Shown piece after piece: positions 45,895-55,389 of a stretch of DNA of 64,000 bases. The notes below the pieces were generated by a model. It was given only the letters and a program-made list of their open reading frames with translations. It had not been told where the DNA came from and made no database searches. The stretch lies in assembly GCA_016717705.1 (NCBI GenBank), contig JADKFD010000003.1:73892-137891 (forward strand), read 5' to 3'. The position numbers and the translations under genes are program-made. The stretch comes from Rhodanobacteraceae bacterium (GTDB lineage Bacteria > Pseudomonadota > Gammaproteobacteria > Xanthomonadales > SZUA-5). Every line of letters begins with the position of its first letter. Position 1 is the stretch's first letter.

Positions 45895-46944
45895 CTACGC
45901 CTTCTTGTCCATCTGCTTGACCATGCCCGACATGCCACCGGCCAGCGCGAACGCCTCGAAGCCGAGCTTGGTCAGGATGTAGGCGGCCGCCGCGCTGCGC
46001 TCGCCGGTGTTGCAGTAGCAGACGTAGGAACGATCCTTGTCCAGATCCGGCGTGTATTCGCGCAAGCGGTAAAGCGGCATGTTGATCGAACCCTTGATGG
46101 CGCGCTCGTCGAATTCTTCGGGCAGGCGCACATCGACGATGCCGGCGCCTTGGCGCACCAGGATCGAAGCTTTGCCGGGGGTGAGCCATTCCACCGTCGG
46201 TTGCTTCAGCAACTCGCTGAAATCGCTCTTGCGCAAGCGCATCAGCTTGCCGTCTTTCATCATCGTGACCGAGGCGTTGCGTACGCTGTTGGATAGCAGC
46301 GCGTCCTCGCCGAAACTGTCACCGCGCACCAGATAGGCGACCACCGCCGGATCGCCGTCGCCCGACTGCAGCACACTGGCGGCGCCATCCTTGATGACAT
46401 AGAAGTAGTCGCCGTCGTCGCCCTCGCGAACGATCGTCTGGTCGGCCTTGACGCTGATTTCCTCGAAGCGCGCGAACAGCCGCTCGAGGTTGCCCGCGGG
46501 TACCCGGCGCATCGCGTTGTTCTGCAGCAGACGGAATATCCAGCGATTGCCTTCGGGGTTCTTGTCGAGCAGCTTGAAACCGGAAGTGCGCGTCAGTTGG
46601 TCGAAGGTGATCACCTTTTCCAGGAATCGGCGATCGAGCGACACGATGGTCGCGGTCAGCGACTCGACAGTCGCGGTGAAGCGCCGCGGCATCAGATCGC
46701 CGATCGGATAGCGCCCCTGCAAGGAGTCAGCGCTGATGTCCTTGCGCTTGCCGTCGGGGTAAGCGCCGCTGATGATGCCGGCGAGCAGGTAATGGGTGAC
46801 TTCATCCTGATCGCCCGCTCGAAACAGGGCCTGTTGATGCGCGTATTCGGCCGATTCCGCCTCGCGCGCGATCACGTCGAGATGATCCGGGCGCAAGGAG
46901 TCGAGCGGGTACAAGTGCTTGAGCTGACTGGCGTCGATCGACAT
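45895..46944 (-). CDS. Protein with two cyclic-nucleotide-binding-like domains and a C-terminal rhodanese domain
   Basis: cNMP-binding-like segments (...LFRAGDQDEVTHYLLAG... and ...IVREGDDGDYFYVIKDGAA...FGEDALL...). The rhodanese-like end has an active-site-loop Cys (YVCYCNTGERSAAAA). Confidence 0.75.
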   Translation of the reverse strand: MSIDASQLKHLYPLDSLRPDHLDVIAREAESAEYAHQQALFRAGDQDEVTHYLLAGIISGAYPDGKRKDISADSLQGRYPIGDLMPRRFTATVESLTATIVSLDRRFLEKVITFDQLTRTSGFKLLDKNPEGNRWIFRLLQNNAMRRVPAGNLERLFARFEEISVKADQTIVREGDDGDYFYVIKDGAASVLQSGDGDPAVVAYLVRGDSFGEDALLSNSVRNASVTMMKDGKLMRLRKSDFSELLKQPTVEWLTPGKASILVRQGAGIVDVRLPEEFDERAIKGSINMPLYRLREYTPDLDKDRSYVCYCNTGERSAAAAYILTKLGFEAFALAGGMSGMVKQMDKKA

Positions 46945-47131
46945 GGGTGCACCCGCGCAGCGTAGTAGCGCGAATATAGCCCGATGCAGCCCGCGGCAGA
47001 GCGCGTGGACAGATCGTTGCAGGTGGCCTTTGCCTGTGGTCGGACGCGCGCCCGCAAGCGTCGCACCTCAGGAGCGACGCGCACCCGCGACCTTCGTCCT
47101 CCGCGAGAACGCAAGAGCCTGACTTTCGCCG

Positions 47132-48677
47132 TCACCGGCGAAATCCGCAAACGCGCAAGAACTGCCGCACCACCGGGTTATCGGTCTCGTCGACGCAATC
47201 GAAGCCCAGCGCATCCAGGCTCTGGCGCAGCTCGGCCGCATCACTGGCGTCGGCGACCTCGATGCCGGCGAACACCCGCCCATAGGCGGCGCCGTGGCTG
47301 CGGTAGTGAAACAGCGTGATGTTCCAGCGCGTGCCCATCTGTTCGAGGAAGCGCAGCAGCGCGCCGGGGCGCTCCGGGAAACTCGAAGCGGTAGACGCGC
47401 TCGCGGCCATTGATCGCGGCGCGGCCGCCGACCATGTGGCGCACGTGCAGCTTGGCCAGCTCGTTGTCGGTGTAATCGCTGACCGCGTAGCCGGCGCCGC
47501 TCAGTTGCGCGGCGATCTCGGCACGTTCGGCAGCGCCACGGCGCAACGCAATGCCGACATAGATCTGCGCCGAGGCATCCGGGGTATAGCGGTAGTTGAA
47601 CTCGGTGACACTGCGCGGCCCCAGCGCGCGGCAGAAGCCGAGGAAGCTGCCGGGCTGTTCCGGAATGGCAACGCCAAACACGGCTTCAAGCGCTTCGCCG
47701 ATCTCGGCGCGCTCGGCGATATGACGCAGTCGGTCGAAATTGACGTTGGCGCCGCTGGCCACCGCGCACAGCGTCGCGCCCGGATGCGTCAGCTGCTCGG
47801 CGTAGCGCTTCAGACCCGCCAGGGCCAGGGCGCCCGCCGGCTCCAGCACCACCCGGGTATCGTCGAACACATCCTTGATGGCCGCGCAGATCTCGTCGGT
47901 ATTGACCAGCACCATCTCGTCGATGTGTTGCTTGAGCACCTTGAAGGTGTGGTCGCCGATGCGCTTGACCGCCACGCCGTCGACAAACAACCCGACCTGG
48001 TCGAGTGTGACCGGCTCACCCGCCTTGAGTGCGGCATCCAGACACGCAGCGTCGATCGGCTCCACACCGATGACCTTGATCTCCGGACGCAAGGCCTTGA
48101 TGTAGGCCGCCATGCCGGCAGCCAGGCCGCCGCCGCCGACCGGAATGAACACCGCGTCGAGCCTGCCGGCGTGCTGGCGCAGCAGTTCCATCGCCACCGT
48201 GCCCTGCCCGGCAATGACCGCCGGATCATCGTAGGGATGGACGAAGGTCAGTCCGCGTTCAACGGCGATGCGCTTGCCCACCGCCGCTGCCGCGTCATAG
48301 CCATCGCCCTCAAGGATGATCTCGGCGCCATAGGCGGCAACCGCATCGACCTTGATCGAGGGCGTTGTGGAGGGCATCACGATGGTCGCCCTGCAGCCGA
48401 GTTCGCGTGCCGCCAGCGCCACGCCCTGCGCGTGATTGCCGGCCGAAACCGCAAGCACGCCGGCCGCGCGTTCCGCCGGAGTCAGGCTGGCCATCTTGTT
48501 GTAGGCGCCGCGCAGCTTGAAGGAAAACACCGGCTGCAGGTCTTCACGCTTGAGCAGCACGTGATGACCGATGCGTCGCGACAAGCGACTGGCCACGGTC
48601 AACGGCGACTCGATCGCCACTTCGTAGACACGCGAGGTCAGTACCGCGCGCAGGTAATCGGGCATCGAATCAGGCAT
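47132..48677 (-). pseudogene. ilvA: Biosynthetic threonine ammonia-lyase IlvA, frameshifted at 47376-47378 (likely sequencing error)
   Basis: N-terminal part MPDSMPDYLRAVLTSRVYEV...FSFKLRGAYN (PLP Lys) ends ...YRFEFP. The C-terminal ORF 47132-47410 continues ERPGALLRFLEQMGTRWNITLFHYRSHGAAYGRV. Removing one C from TTTCCCGGAG joins them to about 514 aa. GGAGGA RBS lies before the ATG at 48677. Confidence 0.85.
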
Positions 48678-48787
48678 GAGGTCCTCCGGGTCGCCGATGT
48701 TGCATTGCAACAGGCGAAGGCGCAACCGTACGCGACTCAGGTTCGTGGATGTCTGCGGTTTGCGCGGCTGACCGCAGATGCTGCGCG

Positions 48788-49045
48788 TCAGGCGCGCTTG
48801 AGGACGCCGATCACCGCCAGCACGATCACCGCACCGATAGTTGCGTTGATGATCGCCGCAAGCAATCCGCCGCCGATGGCGATGCCGAGCACGCCGCCCA
48901 GCAGCCAACTGCCGACGAATGCACCAAGAATGCCGACGACGATGTTGCCGACCAGACCCAATCCACGACCACGCATCAGCAAACCCGCCAGCCATCCGGC
49001 AATCGCGCCAATCAGCAGCAGGATCAACAGGGAAGTCACGGTCAT
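48788..49045 (-). CDS. GlsB/YeaQ/YmgE family small membrane protein
   Basis: 85 aa, [49 protein letters not shown]... Confidence 0.8.
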   Translation of the reverse strand: MTVTSLLILLLIGAIAGWLAGLLMRGRGLGLVGNIVVGILGAFVGSWLLGGVLGIAIGGGLLAAIINATIGAVIVLAVIGVLKRA

Positions 49046-49224
49046 GTCCAGGCTCCAGAAGGGTTGTTTGCCGATGACGATGCGACGATAGGCGGGACTT
49101 CGCAAGGGTGCCGGATCAGGGCCCAAGCGCTATCGACGACGCACATGCCGCCCGTCCTCACTGGCTCTTGCCCGCGTGCTCTCGTAAAGTCGCGTACCCA
49201 CTCCGCCCTTCGTCGAGACAGCCC

Positions 49225-50544
49225 ATGCCGTTGGCCGATTTGTACCTCGATCACCTGCGCGAGCAGATGCGCCGCGCCGACGCCGCGCTGGAGCGCGCCG
49301 GCCTTGAACACCTGCTGATTCCGAGCGGCGTCGAGCACTATGGTTTTCTCGACGACCAGACCTACCCCTTCCGCGCCAATCCGCATTTTCTGGCGTGGCT
49401 GCCGCTGACCCGGCACCCGTCCTGCTGGATTGCCTACACGCCGGGCAAAAAACCGGTGCTGACCTACTATCAGCCGGAAGACTACTGGCATGAACCGCCG
49501 GCGGCGCCGGCCGGATTCTGGGTCGAGCACTTCGACCTTCGCGTGATCCGCGAACCCGGGCAAGCGCGCCAGCATTTGCCCGCAACGCTCGACCGCGCCG
49601 CGATCATCGGCGAAGCCAACGCCGCAATCGGCGACTGCGTGCCCAACAACCCGGACGCGGTGATCAACTACCTGCATTACCACCGCGCCTGCAAAACGCC
49701 CTACGAACTCGCGCGCATGCGCAATGCGAGCCGGCGTGGCGCCAGCGGCCATCTGGCGGCGCTCGAAGCCTTTCGCGAAGGTGCCAGCGAACATCAGATC
49801 CACCTGGAATATTGCGCGGCCGCCGCGCACACCGAGCATGATCTGCCCTACGCCAATATCGTCGCGTTGAATGAGCATGGTGCCATCCTGCACTACCATC
49901 ACTCGCCGACGCCAAGGCCACCGCATTCGCGCAGTTTCCTGATCGACGCCGGCGGCAGCGATGCCGGGTACGCCAGCGACATTACGCGCAGCTACGCGCG
50001 AGAATCCGGCGCTTTCGCCGATTTGATCACGCGCGTCGACCAGATGCAGATCGGCCTGGCGGCAGAAGCGCGCGCCGGCCGTGACTATGGCGACCTGCAT
50101 GTCGAATGCCACCGCCAGATTGCCGGCATCCTCAAGGAAGCCGATATCGTGCGCATGTCCGCGGAAGCGCAGCTCGAACGCGGCGTCACCAGCGTATTTT
50201 TCCCGCACGGCCTGGGGCATTTCCTCGGACTGCAGGTGCATGACGTCGGCGGCTTCCAGCGCGACGAGAGCGGTGGATTCATCGAGCGGCCTGTCGGGCA
50301 CCCGTATCTGCGGCTGACGCGCAAGCTCGAAGCCGGGCACGTGGTGACCATCGAACCCGGCATCTATTTCATCCCGATGCTGCTCGCCAAGCTGCGCGAA
50401 TCGGCCGACGCCCAGTCCATCAACTGGAATCAGGTCGAGGCGCTGCTGCCTTTTGGCGGCATTCGCATCGAGGACGATGTGCATGTCACGCGTGGCGCCC
50501 CGGAGAACCTGACCCGCGACGCGTTCCGGGCGGTGGATGCGTAG
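49225..50544 (+). CDS. pepQ: Xaa-Pro dipeptidase
   Basis: MPLADLYLDHLREQMRR... with M24B metal-ligand contexts (FLIDAGG, YASDITR, HGLGHFLGLQVHD, TIEPGIY, GIRIEDD). 439 aa. Confidence 0.85.
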   Translation: MPLADLYLDHLREQMRRADAALERAGLEHLLIPSGVEHYGFLDDQTYPFRANPHFLAWLPLTRHPSCWIAYTPGKKPVLTYYQPEDYWHEPPAAPAGFWVEHFDLRVIREPGQARQHLPATLDRAAIIGEANAAIGDCVPNNPDAVINYLHYHRACKTPYELARMRNASRRGASGHLAALEAFREGASEHQIHLEYCAAAAHTEHDLPYANIVALNEHGAILHYHHSPTPRPPHSRSFLIDAGGSDAGYASDITRSYARESGAFADLITRVDQMQIGLAAEARAGRDYGDLHVECHRQIAGILKEADIVRMSAEAQLERGVTSVFFPHGLGHFLGLQVHDVGGFQRDESGGFIERPVGHPYLRLTRKLEAGHVVTIEPGIYFIPMLLAKLRESADAQSINWNQVEALLPFGGIRIEDDVHVTRGAPENLTRDAFRAVDA

Positions 50545-50641
50545 GAGCGACGTGTACGTCGCGACCGACGAACTCGCCGCATCACCGATCGCGACGCACG
50601 CGTCGCTCCTACCACGCAAACGGGGCCCTGAGGCCCCGTTC
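50541..50641. repeat. REP pair (GTAGGAGCGACG...CGTCGCTCCTAC) followed by a small GC hairpin between convergent genes
   Basis: gtaggagcgacgtgtacgtcgcgac (50541-50565) and gcgacgcacgcgtcgctcctac (50591-50612), then aacggggcc-ctga-ggccccgtt (50619-50640). Confidence 0.7.
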
Positions 50642-50658
50642 GTCACCCGCGCGACGTC

Positions 50659-52452
50659 TTATTTCGCAACCGCAATTTGCGCCGGCGCCTCGCCGTTGAT
50701 CGCCGCCGCCTTGCCGATCAGTTCGACCAGTTCGGCATTCATGCCATAGGGATCGCGACCGAGGTGCGCTTGCGCCAGCGCGGCGATCGCCGCGTAATCG
50801 TAGCCATCCAGATATTTGCCGCCACGCAGCGCCTCGCCGAAGGCTGCCACGGCCGCGGCAAACTGCAGTTGCGCCGAACCCGCTCCGATCTCACGCGGGC
50901 GGGCGACCGCCTGCTCGATCAAGCGACTCTGGTCCTGGTCGGGCTTCTTGTAGCGCAGCTTCAGGAAGGCAATCTCGTTGCCGGCTGCCTTGGCCTGGTC
51001 GTTCGCTGCGTAACGCAGTGGCGGCAGGCGCGTTGCCTGTGACCCGACCGGCGTCAGCTCGTACAGCGCAGTGACCGTATGGCCGGCGCCGATCTCGCCG
51101 GCATCCACCGCGTCGTTGTTGAAATCCTCGCGCGCCAGCATGCGGTTTTCGTAGCCGATCAAGCGATATTCGGCGACCACCGCCGGGTTGAATTCGATCT
51201 GGATCTTGACGTCCTTGGCGATGGTCAGCAGGTTGGCGCCCAGTTCCTTGACCAGCACCTTGCGCGCCTCGCGCTCGCTGTCGATGTAGGCGTGGTTGCC
51301 ATTGCCCAGATCCGCCAGGCGCTCGGCGACTTCATCGTTGTAGTTGCCCTGACCGAAGCCGAGCGTGGTCAGCGCGATGCCGCTCTTGCGTTCGCGCGTG
51401 ACCAGGTCCTCCAGGTCCTGCTGATCGACCAGACCGACATTGAAGTCGCCGTCGGTGGCCAGGATCACGCGATTGACGCCGCCGTCGACGAACTGCTCGC
51501 GCGCCACCTGGTAAGCCAGCTGGATGCCCTCGCCACCGTTGGTCGAACCGCCGGCTTCCAGCGCGGCCAACGAGGCGAGGATGGTCGCCTTGTCGCTGCC
51601 CTTGGTTGCCGGCAGCACCAGACCCGCGGCACCGGCATAGACGACGATGGCGATGGTGTCCTGCGGGCGCATCTGCTCGACCACCATGCCCAGCGCGGTC
51701 TTCACCAGCGGCAGCTTGTTCGGTTCCATCATCGAACCGGAGACGTCCAGCAGGAACACCAGATTGCTCGCCGGCAGCTGGGCGAACGGCACCTCATAGC
51801 CCTTCAGACCGACCTGCAGCAGCCAGCGGTCGGCATTCCACGGCGCCTTGGCCAACTCGGTGCTGACGGTGAACGGCTGATCCACGCTGTCCGGCGTCGG
51901 ATACTGGTAGTCGAAGTAGTTGATGAACTCCTCGATGCGCACCGCATCGCTCGGCGGCAGCTGGCCCTGGTCGAGGAAACGCCGCGCGTTGCTGTAGGCA
52001 CCGGTATCGACGTCGATCGAGAAGGTCGATACCGGGGTTTCCGCCGCGGCGATGACCGGGTTCGGCGCCAGGTCGGCGTAGCGTTCGGTATCGGTCGGCT
52101 GGTCGATGCCGGCGCGGTTGGGCGGGCCGGCCGGCGGCGACGCCGGGGCGATCATGCCGGTGGCTACCGACTGCTGGGCCGATATGGCATCGGCAACCAT
52201 CGGCGCTGGCGCCACCGCTGGCTGGCTCGTGGGCTTGAGCGCCAACTGGTTCTGCGCTTCACGCTTGGGCATTGCTGCGCCGCTGGTCGACACCTTGCTT
52301 GCATCTGCCTCTTCCGCAATCCGGGTGCGCTCAGGCTGTTCCTTGCGCTGGGCGGCGCCGACTTCCGGCGTCGCCGAATTGCGCGCACAGGCGCCGAGTG
52401 CAAGGGCGCCGGCTATGGCCAATACCAGCGGCAGGGGACGAATGGTGATCAT
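50659..52452 (-). CDS. von Willebrand factor type A domain lipoprotein (YfbK-like)
   Basis: MITIRPLPLVLAIAGALALGAC (lipobox) and a VWA MIDAS context (LVFLLDVSGSMMEPNKLPL). 597 aa from the ATG at 52452. Confidence 0.8.
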   Translation of the reverse strand: MITIRPLPLVLAIAGALALGACARNSATPEVGAAQRKEQPERTRIAEEADASKVSTSGAAMPKREAQNQLALKPTSQPAVAPAPMVADAISAQQSVATGMIAPASPPAGPPNRAGIDQPTDTERYADLAPNPVIAAAETPVSTFSIDVDTGAYSNARRFLDQGQLPPSDAVRIEEFINYFDYQYPTPDSVDQPFTVSTELAKAPWNADRWLLQVGLKGYEVPFAQLPASNLVFLLDVSGSMMEPNKLPLVKTALGMVVEQMRPQDTIAIVVYAGAAGLVLPATKGSDKATILASLAALEAGGSTNGGEGIQLAYQVAREQFVDGGVNRVILATDGDFNVGLVDQQDLEDLVTRERKSGIALTTLGFGQGNYNDEVAERLADLGNGNHAYIDSEREARKVLVKELGANLLTIAKDVKIQIEFNPAVVAEYRLIGYENRMLAREDFNNDAVDAGEIGAGHTVTALYELTPVGSQATRLPPLRYAANDQAKAAGNEIAFLKLRYKKPDQDQSRLIEQAVARPREIGAGSAQLQFAAAVAAFGEALRGGKYLDGYDYAAIAALAQAHLGRDPYGMNAELVELIGKAAAINGEAPAQIAVAK

Positions 52453-52547
52453 GGCGGCATTCCTCGAGGGTCGAGCCGGTCGATCTGACCGGTGTGCAGG
52501 CAATAACGCCCCGACGCCACGAATGGGGTTAAGGACTTGAAGCCCTG

Positions 52548-52691
52548 GGTAAGCCGGGCGCGCGCATCCTTGGGCTCCGCCAACGCTGCAGGGCGGTTAC
52601 GCGCGACGTTCGCCGCTCTGGTAGGCCGGGCACGCGCGTCCTTGGGCTTCGCCAATGCTGGGGGGTGGTTACGCGCGACGCCCGGCGCTCT
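52548..52691. repeat. Tandem direct repeat, 2 x 72 bp
   Basis: Unit 1 (52548-52619) ggtaagccgggcgcgcgcatccttgggctccgccaacgctgcagggcggttacgcgcgacgttcgccgctct and unit 2 (52620-52691) ggtaggccgggcacgcgcgtccttgggcttcgccaatgctggggggtggttacgcgcgacgcccggcgctct are directly adjacent. Confidence 0.8.
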
Positions 52692-52862
52692 TGCGTCAGC
52701 GCGACGAAAAGCCGCGGCCGCCGGCGCGATCCAACCTTGATGCGCCAGTCAACACCGCGCGCGCCGGAGCCGCGCTACGTCGGAGTCCCCGGCACAACTT
52801 GCGACCCGCAACAGAAGCCCACCCGATTAGACTGGAACACTGATTCACAGGAGCCATCCGTC

Positions 52863-53474
52863 ATGCCGCATCTGCATCGCTCGCTGTGGCCGGTTGCCGC
52901 ATTCACCCTGGCCTATCTGACCGCCGCCGTGATCGGCGTGATCGTCACCGGCAACCGCGAGTTCGTGTTCTACCTGGTGGTGATGGCGGTGCTGATCGGC
53001 GTGGTGCTGTACGTCCATGCGCGCGTCAAGCTGTCCAATGGCTTGCTCTGGGCACTGTCGATATGGGGTGCCCTGCACATGGCGGGTGGACTGGTGCGAT
53101 TACCGCCGGGCTGGCCATACGACGGGCCGCACGCAGTGCTCTACAGCTGGTGGCTGATCCCCGATTTGCTCAAGTACGACCAGATCGTGCACGCCTATGG
53201 ATTCGGCGTCACCACCTGGGTGTGCTGGCATGGCCTGTCCAGCGCGGCCGCAACAGTCGGCGGCAAATTGCAGCCCACCTTCGGCGTACTCACCATTTGC
53301 GCCGCCGCCGGCATGGGATTTGGCGCCGCGAATGAAATCGTCGAGTTCATCGCCGTGCTGACCATCCCCAACACCAACGTCGGCGGCTACGAGAACACCG
53401 GCTGGGATCTGGTGTCGAACTTCGCCGGCAGCGTGATCGCGGCGGTGGCGATACGGTGGCAAGCAAGCCACTGA
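52863..53474 (+). CDS. Integral membrane protein, DUF2238/YjdF-like (tentative)
   Basis: 203 aa from the ATG at 52863 with 5-6 predicted helices. Motifs KYDQIVHAYGFG and ANEIVEF...WDLVSNFAGS resemble YjdF-type proteins. Confidence 0.5.
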   Translation: MPHLHRSLWPVAAFTLAYLTAAVIGVIVTGNREFVFYLVVMAVLIGVVLYVHARVKLSNGLLWALSIWGALHMAGGLVRLPPGWPYDGPHAVLYSWWLIPDLLKYDQIVHAYGFGVTTWVCWHGLSSAAATVGGKLQPTFGVLTICAAAGMGFGAANEIVEFIAVLTIPNTNVGGYENTGWDLVSNFAGSVIAAVAIRWQASH

Positions 53475-53938
53475 GACATGCTACGCCGCTGCTGTCGCTC
53501 CTCGTAGAGCGGAGCTTCCTCAGCTGCTGTGGCATTGCACCCGCGCTGGATTCGCGCGCCCGGATCAGAAGCGCATGGCAGATTGAAAGTCCAAACCTCA
53601 ATCGCTGATTCAATTTCGCGGGTCAACATGTAGGGCAGAACCCGCGCATCGAAAAACAACGGTAATGCCGATGTCCACCCGCGCGGATTCCGCCGACCGG
53701 GTCGCGACACAGCACTGTCCGCTGTGCCGTGCGCGTGGCGGTGGATTCCCCACGATGACGCGTGTGCAGGATCCACCTTACGTCGGGCGGGAATACGCCT
53801 TACGCGGGTTGCCAAAGCTCGCGACTCGACTCGATCCGCACAAACAACTCGACTGTTCTTGGGGATCGGACTTGTACACGATCAGCGTTTGCTCGCGGAA
53901 CGGGGAACGCCAGGCAGTCACCGGTTTCGCCGGCGCAC

Positions 53939-55231
53939 CTACTCGAAGCCGTTGGCAAACAACGGCGGGTCCAGGCATTGCCACTTGGTGATTCGGGGCG
54001 ACTGCAACGCGCCGGCACTCAAGAAAGCGCCGGTGGCATAGAGCGCCTTGCCGCTGCCATCGTCGTACTCGGCCAATGCGTAGATTTCGCCGTTGACGCC
54101 GTTCAGTGGACCGCTTCCCAGGGGCTCCCATGAGGCGCCGTTCCAGCGCCCGATGTTGCGCAAATTGACGCCAGGAATGTTGGGATTGGTGCTCGGTGCG
54201 CTGCTCAGATCTCCGGCGGCAAAGAGGGCCGGGCCGTTGCCGGGGTCGATCACCTCGAGCGCGTAGACGCCAAGTCCATTGAAGCCATCGCGCATTTCCA
54301 GCCACTGCAGAAAGCGATTGCGGCCAACGCGATTGAGTGGATTCAGCGATAGCGTGAACTGTCCGCCGATACGCAACGGCGACGACCCAGCTTCTTCGTC
54401 GAAGGCCGTAACGGCGCGCACCACGCTGTTCACACCGAAGTTGACATTGCCCCAGGTGCTGCCATTCCAGCGGGCGATATGCCCGTAGTTGAGGTATTGC
54501 GGCGTGCCGAGACTCAGGTCCACGCCGCCGGCATCGGTGAAAAAGCCCCCAACGAACAACTGCTGCGTCTGGTTGTGCAGCATCGGCCGCAACGCACGAA
54601 CTTCACAAGTGGCGATCAGGGTTTCGCAGGTGACGCCACCGCCGACACCACTCCAGTCGCTGCCGTTCCATCGCGCAATGCGATTGACGGTCTGCCCGCC
54701 CGCTTCCAGAAAGCGCCCGCCGACGTAGAGTTGCGAACCGCTGCCATCGTTGTGCACGGCCAACGCATGAACGGGCCCGCTGGTGCCCGCACCGAGTGGC
54801 TGCCAACTGCTGCCATTCCAGCGTGCGATGTGGTTGCCGGGTGCGCCGGAGCCGGTGTTGAAACGTCCGCCGGCGTAGAGCTTCGCGCCGGTGCCGTCAT
54901 CATAGAACGCCAGTGCATAGACCTCATCGCTGAGACCCGCACCCAACGCGTGCCAAGCGCTGCCGTCCCATCGCGCGACGCGACTGGCGGGCTGGGTAAA
55001 GCCGCCACCCACGTACAATGACGAGCCGTTGACGTCGGTGTGCGTGGTCAGGGCAAACCCGAAACCATCCAGTCCACGGCCGACGAAATCGGCGCGCCAG
55101 TCGCACTGCGCGAGAGCCGGCGAAAGTCCCAGCAGGCCTGACCAAATGGCAGCAGCAAACCAGCTGGTTCTCGTGATCAAGGATTTGGTCCTTGCGCCCG
55201 GGAGTTCGACGGATGGTAGCCCGAGCAGCAT
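53939..55231 (-). CDS. Secreted repeat protein, probable 7-bladed beta-propeller
   Basis: Signal-like ...SWFAAAIWSGLLGLSPALA, then about seven 45-65 aa repeats with the pattern ARWNGSxWxxLGxG...VxAL...G..LYVGGxF. It ends ...PLFANGFE. Confidence 0.65.
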   Translation of the reverse strand: MLLGLPSVELPGARTKSLITRTSWFAAAIWSGLLGLSPALAQCDWRADFVGRGLDGFGFALTTHTDVNGSSLYVGGGFTQPASRVARWDGSAWHALGAGLSDEVYALAFYDDGTGAKLYAGGRFNTGSGAPGNHIARWNGSSWQPLGAGTSGPVHALAVHNDGSGSQLYVGGRFLEAGGQTVNRIARWNGSDWSGVGGGVTCETLIATCEVRALRPMLHNQTQQLFVGGFFTDAGGVDLSLGTPQYLNYGHIARWNGSTWGNVNFGVNSVVRAVTAFDEEAGSSPLRIGGQFTLSLNPLNRVGRNRFLQWLEMRDGFNGLGVYALEVIDPGNGPALFAAGDLSSAPSTNPNIPGVNLRNIGRWNGASWEPLGSGPLNGVNGEIYALAEYDDGSGKALYATGAFLSAGALQSPRITKWQCLDPPLFANGFE

Positions 55232-55389
55232 GCGGTGAAAATAGCGAACCGCGTCGTTCGCGATGATTCCCCTCGACTGGCGCGATCGATGCGGCTCGCT
55301 TCGCTCATAACTCGGCGAGCGCAGCGAAGCAATCCAGTGACGAACCCTGGTTTCCCGCTCACCGGATCGATGCACCGCAGAAACGCTGG

